DNA of 63,922 nt, counting the filler, from Candidatus Aminicenantales bacterium (GTDB taxonomy: Bacteria > Acidobacteriota > Aminicenantia > Aminicenantales > Saccharicenantaceae): NCBI GenBank assembly GCA_049512315.1. It is 3 parts of 3 records of this genome, joined end to end, with 100 filler letters (N's around TTAATTAATTAA, not from the genome) between each part and the next. Parts side by side here need not be neighbours in the genome. Positions count along the whole stretch, not along the records: positions 44,473 to 63,922 come from JBEKXF010000042.1; 2 more parts are not named here. The stretch is one strand, 5' to 3'. This document shows, in pieces, positions 58,639-63,922 of this stretch. A program made the position numbers and the translations under genes. Below the pieces are notes generated by a model, which did no database searches, had not been told where the DNA came from, and saw only the letters and a program-made list of their open reading frames with translations. Numbering within the stretch: position 1 is the stretch's first letter; the number at the start of each line of letters is the position of its first letter.

Positions 58639-61482
58639 ATGAACAGATCAACCGCGGCTCTTCTTAGGAAAAGTGTCCCGGCGGGCCTGGCGATCGGCCT
58701 TATTCTCGGCCTGGCCGTCTCCGACGCCCGGTCCCAGTATCGGAACCAGGAACGGATGCCGGGCCGGCCTCCCGTGATGATGGGCGGCCCCGGCGAGCAT
58801 AGCATCAATCTCAACGATATCTGGTTCCTCCAGTCGTCGGAAAAGGTCAAGGCCGGCGGAGAGCAGATCTCCCAGCCCGGCTTCAAGATCGAGGGCTGGT
58901 ATCCGGCGGTCGTTCCCTCGACGGTCATGGGCACCCTCGTCCAGAACAATCTCTACCCGGACGTTCTCGTCGGTGAAAATCTGAAGGCCGTGCCCGAACA
59001 GCCGTTCCAGGTCTCCTGGTGGTACCGGCGCGAGTTCGTCGTCCCGGGAGGTCCCGGCACGCGCCGCGTCCGGCTCGAGTTCGACGGCATCAACTACCGG
59101 GCCAACGTCTGGCTCAACGGCAAGAAGGTCGCCGACGCCGCGACAACCTATGGCGCCTTTCGGCGATTCTCCATCGACGTGACCGGGACCGCCAAGCCGG
59201 GCGACCGGAACACTCTCGCCGTCGAGGTCTTCCCGCCCCGGAAGGGCGATTTCACCATCGGCTTCGTCGATTGGAATCCCAAACCGCCCGACAACAGCAT
59301 GGGGCTCTGGCGGGAGGTCCGGCTCCGGACGACCGGCGACGTCGCCGTCAACTTCCCGTTCGTCGTGACCAAGCTGAACCTCGACACGCTGAAAGAAGCC
59401 CGGCTCACCGTGTCCGCGGAGCTCGAAAACAGCTCGGCGAACCCGGTTTCGGGAACATTCGAAGGCCGGATCGGGACTCTCAGGTTCAGCGAGGACCTGA
59501 CCCTCGGGCCCAAGGAGACGAAAAAGGCCGTCCTGACTCCGGACAGCCATCCCGAGCTCATCATCAAGGACCCGCGGGTCTGGTGGACCCACGACCTGGG
59601 AAAGCCGGAGCTCTATCAGCTCACCCTCACCTTCCGGCAGAAGCAGGACAAGGCCCAGGCCGAAGCTGAAGCCAAAGCCCTGGCCGAAAAAAAGCCCGCG
59701 GAGAAGGGCGGAGAGAAAGGCCAAGACAAGGACGCCAATAAAAAGGTGGAAGGCCCTTGGGGAGGCGCCCGGCAACGCGGCCCCTTCATGGGCCGGGACC
59801 CCTACTCCGACGTCCGGACGGTCCGCTTCGGCATCCGGGAGGTCTCAACTTACTTCAACGAGCAGGGCCACCGGGGTTTCAAGCTGAACGGCAAGAAGGT
59901 CCTCGTCCGCGGCGGCGGCTGGGTCGATGACCTCTTCCTCGACAACCGCCACTCGAAAGTCGAAGCCGAGGTCCTCTATGCCAAGCAGATGAACCTGAAC
60001 GCCCTCCGGATGGAGGGATTCTGGGGCACGAGCGAGGACCTCTACAACCTCTGCGATACCAACGGGATCCTGCTCATGGCCGGGTGGAGCTGCCAGTGGG
60101 AGTGGGCGGACCTGGTCGGAAAGCCGAACGATGAATTCGGCTGCATCAAGGACCCCGAGGACATCCGGCTCGTCGCCGACTCCTGGCGGGACCAGGTCAA
60201 GTGGCTCCGCAACCACCCGAGCATCTTCGTCTGGATGGAGGGGAGCGACACGAACCCCCGTCCCGAGCTCGAAAAGGAATACATCGCCATCCTCAAGGAG
60301 GACGACCCGACGCGTCCGGCCGTCATCTCCGCCAAGGACCGGACAAGCGCGCTGACCGGAAAGTCCGGGGTCAAGATGGCCGGCCCCTACGATTATGTGC
60401 CGCCCGTCTACTGGTACGTGGACACGGAAAACGGCGGGGCCTTCGGCTTCAACACGGAGACCGGCCCCGGGCCTCAGGTCCCCCCGCTCGAGAGCCTCAG
60501 GAAGATGATCCCGGAGAAGGACCTCTGGCCGATCAACCCCGTCTGGTATTACCACTGCGCCCGGAACGAGTTCTTCGGCCTGAAGCGCTACAACCTGGCC
60601 ATGGACAACCGCCTCGGCCCGGCCAAGGACGTCGCGGAATACGCGACCAAGGCCCAGTTCCTGAACTACGAGGGCATGCGGGCCATGTTCGAGGCCTTCG
60701 TGGCCAACAGGCCCAAAGCGACGGGGATCATCCAGTGGATGTACAACTCGGCCTGGCCCAAGCTCTGGTGGCAGTTCTACGACTATTACCTCAATCCGAA
60801 CGGGGCCTTCTACGGCGCCCGGAAGGCCTGCGAACCCCTCCATCTCATCTACAATTACGGGACACGGGACATCATGGCCGTTAACAACTCCCTCGACCCC
60901 GCTGAAAAGTTGAAAGCCGTTATCAAGGTCTACGACCTCAACCTCAAGGAAAAGTATTCCAAAGCCGTCCCCCTCGGGCTCCTGGCCGACGAGGTCAAGA
61001 AGATCGACACCCTCCCCGACCCCCAAGGACTGACCACGGTCTATTTCCTCGACCTCCGGCTCTTCAGGGAAAAGGACGTCATGGTCGACACGAACTTCTA
61101 CTGCCTGTCGACAAAGCCGGAAACCCTCGATTATTCCAAGAACGAATGGTTCGTGACGCCGGTTAAGGACTACGCCGATCTCACCGCTTTATCGAGCCTG
61201 AAGCCCGTCCAGCTTAAGGTCCGGGACAAGTTCTCCCAGGACGGGGCGGGCTATAAGTTCACGGTCGATCTCGAAAATCCCTCTCCTGACCTGGCCCTCC
61301 AGGTGGAACTCCGGGTCGTCCGCGACGGCTCCGGCGAAGTCGTCCTGCCGATCTTCCTAGACGACAACTACATCACCCTGCTCCCGGGCGAAAGGCGGAG
61401 AATCGCCGGGGTCTTCGCCACCGAGGACCTCCGGGGCGAACAGCCGGTCCTCAAGGTCAGGGGCTGGAACGTCAAGGACTGA
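58639..61482 (+). CDS. GH2 exo-beta-D-glucosaminidase-like (CsxA-like)
   Basis: GINYRANVWLNG, RNHPSIFVW..GSD, KMAGPYDYVPP, FNTETGPG. Confidence 0.85.
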   Translation: MNRSTAALLRKSVPAGLAIGLILGLAVSDARSQYRNQERMPGRPPVMMGGPGEHSINLNDIWFLQSSEKVKAGGEQISQPGFKIEGWYPAVVPSTVMGTLVQNNLYPDVLVGENLKAVPEQPFQVSWWYRREFVVPGGPGTRRVRLEFDGINYRANVWLNGKKVADAATTYGAFRRFSIDVTGTAKPGDRNTLAVEVFPPRKGDFTIGFVDWNPKPPDNSMGLWREVRLRTTGDVAVNFPFVVTKLNLDTLKEARLTVSAELENSSANPVSGTFEGRIGTLRFSEDLTLGPKETKKAVLTPDSHPELIIKDPRVWWTHDLGKPELYQLTLTFRQKQDKAQAEAEAKALAEKKPAEKGGEKGQDKDANKKVEGPWGGARQRGPFMGRDPYSDVRTVRFGIREVSTYFNEQGHRGFKLNGKKVLVRGGGWVDDLFLDNRHSKVEAEVLYAKQMNLNALRMEGFWGTSEDLYNLCDTNGILLMAGWSCQWEWADLVGKPNDEFGCIKDPEDIRLVADSWRDQVKWLRNHPSIFVWMEGSDTNPRPELEKEYIAILKEDDPTRPAVISAKDRTSALTGKSGVKMAGPYDYVPPVYWYVDTENGGAFGFNTETGPGPQVPPLESLRKMIPEKDLWPINPVWYYHCARNEFFGLKRYNLAMDNRLGPAKDVAEYATKAQFLNYEGMRAMFEAFVANRPKATGIIQWMYNSAWPKLWWQFYDYYLNPNGAFYGARKACEPLHLIYNYGTRDIMAVNNSLDPAEKLKAVIKVYDLNLKEKYSKAVPLGLLADEVKKIDTLPDPQGLTTVYFLDLRLFREKDVMVDTNFYCLSTKPETLDYSKNEWFVTPVKDYADLTALSSLKPVQLKVRDKFSQDGAGYKFTVDLENPSPDLALQVELRVVRDGSGEVVLPIFLDDNYITLLPGERRRIAGVFATEDLRGEQPVLKVRGWNVKD

Positions 61483-61497
61483 GGGGAGAGTCGCGGC

Positions 61498-62352
61498 ATG
61501 GCGCGCCCGAAGGCCGGGGTTCTCGTCGCCGGGGCCGTGGCCATTTTCCTGGCTGGCGGCTTTGCCTGTCCGCCGGCTGCCGCCCCGCTTTGCGACCCTT
61601 GCCGTGTATTCGCCTGCGACCAGGGCGGAATCGTCCGCGGCGACACGTCGTCCCGGCGGCTGGCCCTGATCTTCACCGGAGGGTCCTTCGCCGACGGCGG
61701 CGATCACATCCGTGACGTCCTCAAGAAAAGGGATATCCGGGCGGGGTTCTTCTTCACCGGAGACTTTTACCGCACGCCGGAATTCCAGGGCCTCATCCGC
61801 GGCCTGGCCGCCGACGGGCATTACCTGGGCCCCCACTCGGACCGCCACCTCCTCTATTGCGATTGGAACGACCGGGCCAAGACCCTGGTCACGCGGGACG
61901 AGTTCCGGAGGGACCTCCTGGCCAACTTCCGGGAGATGGAGAGGTTCGGGGTCACGAAGGACAGGGCGCCCTATTTCATCCCGCCTTACGAATGGTACAA
62001 CGCTGAGATCGCCGGCTGGGCCCGCGAGATGGGGCTCGTCCTCTTCAACTTCAGCCCGGGAACGTCCTCGAACGCCGACTACACGACCCCGTCCATGAAG
62101 GAATATCTCTCCTCAGCGGCGATCTACGGCCGGATCCTGGCCTACGAGAAAAAGGACCTCAAGGGCCTCAACGGGTTCATCCTCCTCATCCACATCGGGA
62201 CGGACCCGGAGCGAACCGACAAGTTCTATTTGAAGCTAGAGGATCTCATCACCGAGCTCGAAGGGCGCGGGTACTCGTTCGCCCCGATCGACGAGTTGCT
62301 GAAACTCCAAAAGTCAGCAGACGCAGAGGGGATGTCCCGGGAAAAACGTTGA
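61498..62352 (+). CDS. Polysaccharide deacetylase (CE4/NodB-like)
   Basis: ALIFTG, FFFTG, HSDRH, F.PPY, ILLIH. Confidence 0.8.
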   Translation: MARPKAGVLVAGAVAIFLAGGFACPPAAAPLCDPCRVFACDQGGIVRGDTSSRRLALIFTGGSFADGGDHIRDVLKKRDIRAGFFFTGDFYRTPEFQGLIRGLAADGHYLGPHSDRHLLYCDWNDRAKTLVTRDEFRRDLLANFREMERFGVTKDRAPYFIPPYEWYNAEIAGWAREMGLVLFNFSPGTSSNADYTTPSMKEYLSSAAIYGRILAYEKKDLKGLNGFILLIHIGTDPERTDKFYLKLEDLITELEGRGYSFAPIDELLKLQKSADAEGMSREKR

Positions 62353-62374
62353 TCGCGACGCGGGGCGGGTCCGC

Positions 62375-63922
62375 TTATTTCTTTTTTAGCGATTCAACGA
62401 GGCTCTTGATCTTCTCTTGGTCGGGGCTGAGCTCGAGCGATTTCGTCCAGGCCTTGAGGGCCTCATCCTTGTTCCCCAGTTGGAAGTAGCACGTCCCAAG
62501 GTAATTCAGGATGTCGATGTGCATCCCGTATCGGGAGAGGTAACCCGAGTAATACTTCAAGGCTTCCTGGAATTGCCCGAGGGCATGGCAGGTCTGGCCG
62601 AGGAGAGCCAGGACCTCGGCCGGCGGCTCTTCGCCGGCCGAGAAGGGCGTCAGGACGTCTTTCACCTTCTGGTACTCGCCCTGCGCGAAAAGAACCTGTC
62701 CGAAAGCCACGGCGAACTCGGGGCGCTTGGGGTCCATCCGGTAGGCTTCGGACAGGCGGGCCCCGGCCTCGGTCCGGTCGCCGCTGTTGAAATATTGAAG
62801 GGCCGTTTCGTAGAGGTAGTCCTCCCGTTTCAAGGCCGGGCGGACCTTGGCGATGACCATGGGCCTCGGGAAGGCCGGCAGGGCGATGACCTCGAAGTTC
62901 CCCTTGCCGCCCGCGACCTCCCGGCCGTGCCCGTCGAGAAGGGTCACGGCGGCTTGGTAATATCCGGGGGGGAACGTGGTCAGGTCCTGGGTTTCGAAGA
63001 AGTCTTCGCCGGGGCCGCATTCGCCGATCTTTTTCGTCCTCTCAGAAAAGGGCTTGTCCTCCTTGAGGAAGGAGAACCGGAGCGAGCCGGACGCCCGGAG
63101 CTCATCGGTCAGGCCATAGACCTGGAAGAACAGGACCAAGGCATCCTTCGTGCCGTACGACTTCCGGGACTGGAAAAGGATCTGTTCGCGCCCGGTCATG
63201 AACGGGACGCCGCCGGATCCTTCCGGCTTGTCCTCGGCCTTGTAGGCCAGGAGCAGAGCGCTCAGCTGCGGCATCGGCGCCGGCCCCGGGACAACGACCT
63301 TGCACTCGGCGCTGCTGAACTCCTTGGATGCCGTATTCCGGATGAGGAGGTCGAGTTTGTAGCTCCCCGGGATCAGGGGGAACATGTCCTGGAGCGAGAT
63401 CGACTGAGCTTTGACAGCCTGGAGGGCGTCCGGGGTCAGGCTGAACGGGAATTCCCTGTCGAACTGGTAGACGGTCCGGCCCGACGCGTCCGAGACGCGG
63501 CCTGTCACGAGGAAGTGGACGTCGTACTTGCCGCCGACGTCCTCGACCGTGACCTTGCCCGGCTCGATCGAGTAGTGGACCATGAACGTGCCGGACCCGT
63601 CCCGGATGACCTGGAGGCCGGCGTCGCTCGGGACGTAGTTGGCCGTGTACTCGACTTCGATGAGATCCTTGTACTTGAGGATGGCATCGGCGTAGGAGTC
63701 CTCGACCTTTTTCTGCGGGGAAGCGAAGATCGTGGCCATGAGCTTGGTCGAGGCCAGGGAGACCGACCCCGCATAGGACCGTTCCCCCGGGATCAGGCTG
63801 AGGACTTGGAAGGCCAGGTTCGGCTCGTACTTTTTGAGCGTCTGGTAGGCTTTCTCGGGGTCCTCGCCACTGATAAAAGCGTCGGTGAGCAGGCTCTCGG
63901 GACCGTCCTGGGAAGGTGAGTA
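62375..63922 (-). CDS. TPR-containing protein, probably GWxTD-domain family; 5' end outside the window
   Basis: Frame open to the window end (YSPSQDGPESLL...SLIPGE); C-terminal TPRs; GWxTD motif itself not visible. Confidence 0.7.
   Translation of the reverse strand, partial: YSPSQDGPESLLTDAFISGEDPEKAYQTLKKYEPNLAFQVLSLIPGERSYAGSVSLASTKLMATIFASPQKKVEDSYADAILKYKDLIEVEYTANYVPSDAGLQVIRDGSGTFMVHYSIEPGKVTVEDVGGKYDVHFLVTGRVSDASGRTVYQFDREFPFSLTPDALQAVKAQSISLQDMFPLIPGSYKLDLLIRNTASKEFSSAECKVVVPGPAPMPQLSALLLAYKAEDKPEGSGGVPFMTGREQILFQSRKSYGTKDALVLFFQVYGLTDELRASGSLRFSFLKEDKPFSERTKKIGECGPGEDFFETQDLTTFPPGYYQAAVTLLDGHGREVAGGKGNFEVIALPAFPRPMVIAKVRPALKREDYLYETALQYFNSGDRTEAGARLSEAYRMDPKRPEFAVAFGQVLFAQGEYQKVKDVLTPFSAGEEPPAEVLALLGQTCHALGQFQEALKYYSGYLSRYGMHIDILNYLGTCYFQLGNKDEALKAWTKSLELSPDQEKIKSLVESLKKK

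Overview
GC-rich bacterial genome scaffold made of three contigs joined by artificial N-TTAATTAATTAA-N linkers (23830-23929, 44373-44472), so adjacency across the gaps is not real. Gene content (GWxTD/TPR-type protein, GldAFG-DUF4340 ABC system, many secreted glycoside hydrolases) suggests an Aminicenantes/Acidobacteriota-like anaerobe (inference). Contig 1: AT-richer island at the 3' end of tRNA-His carrying a Shedu (DUF4263) nuclease; phoH-HD-ybeY-corC-era; a CopG-sat-AlkP-cysC-NDP-sugar cluster; hypCDE; uppS-cdsA-dxr-rseP-ispG; tonB-exbB-exbD. Contig 2: IS fragment, argS, Gld-like ABC operon, mutY, fprA, DUF1846, GH106, tRNA-Ser and a phage/satellite-like replication module. Contig 3: IS end, orphan-gene island at tRNA-Glu, fucI, standalone GMP synthase ATPPase subunit, OmpA, PadR and a GH29-GH38-GH2-CE4 glycan locus. 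The most notable unannotated signals are: (i) three gaplessly alignable att-arm-like repeat modules, each about 100-115 bp from a tRNA or tRNA relic, two of which bracket an integrase-less Shedu cassette; (ii) a candidate ~135-nt sRNA exposing an anti-Shine-Dalgarno tract; (iii) a sulfate-activation operon in which a small RHH protein carries an ERLxALGY tail that the neighbouring AlkP enzyme lacks.
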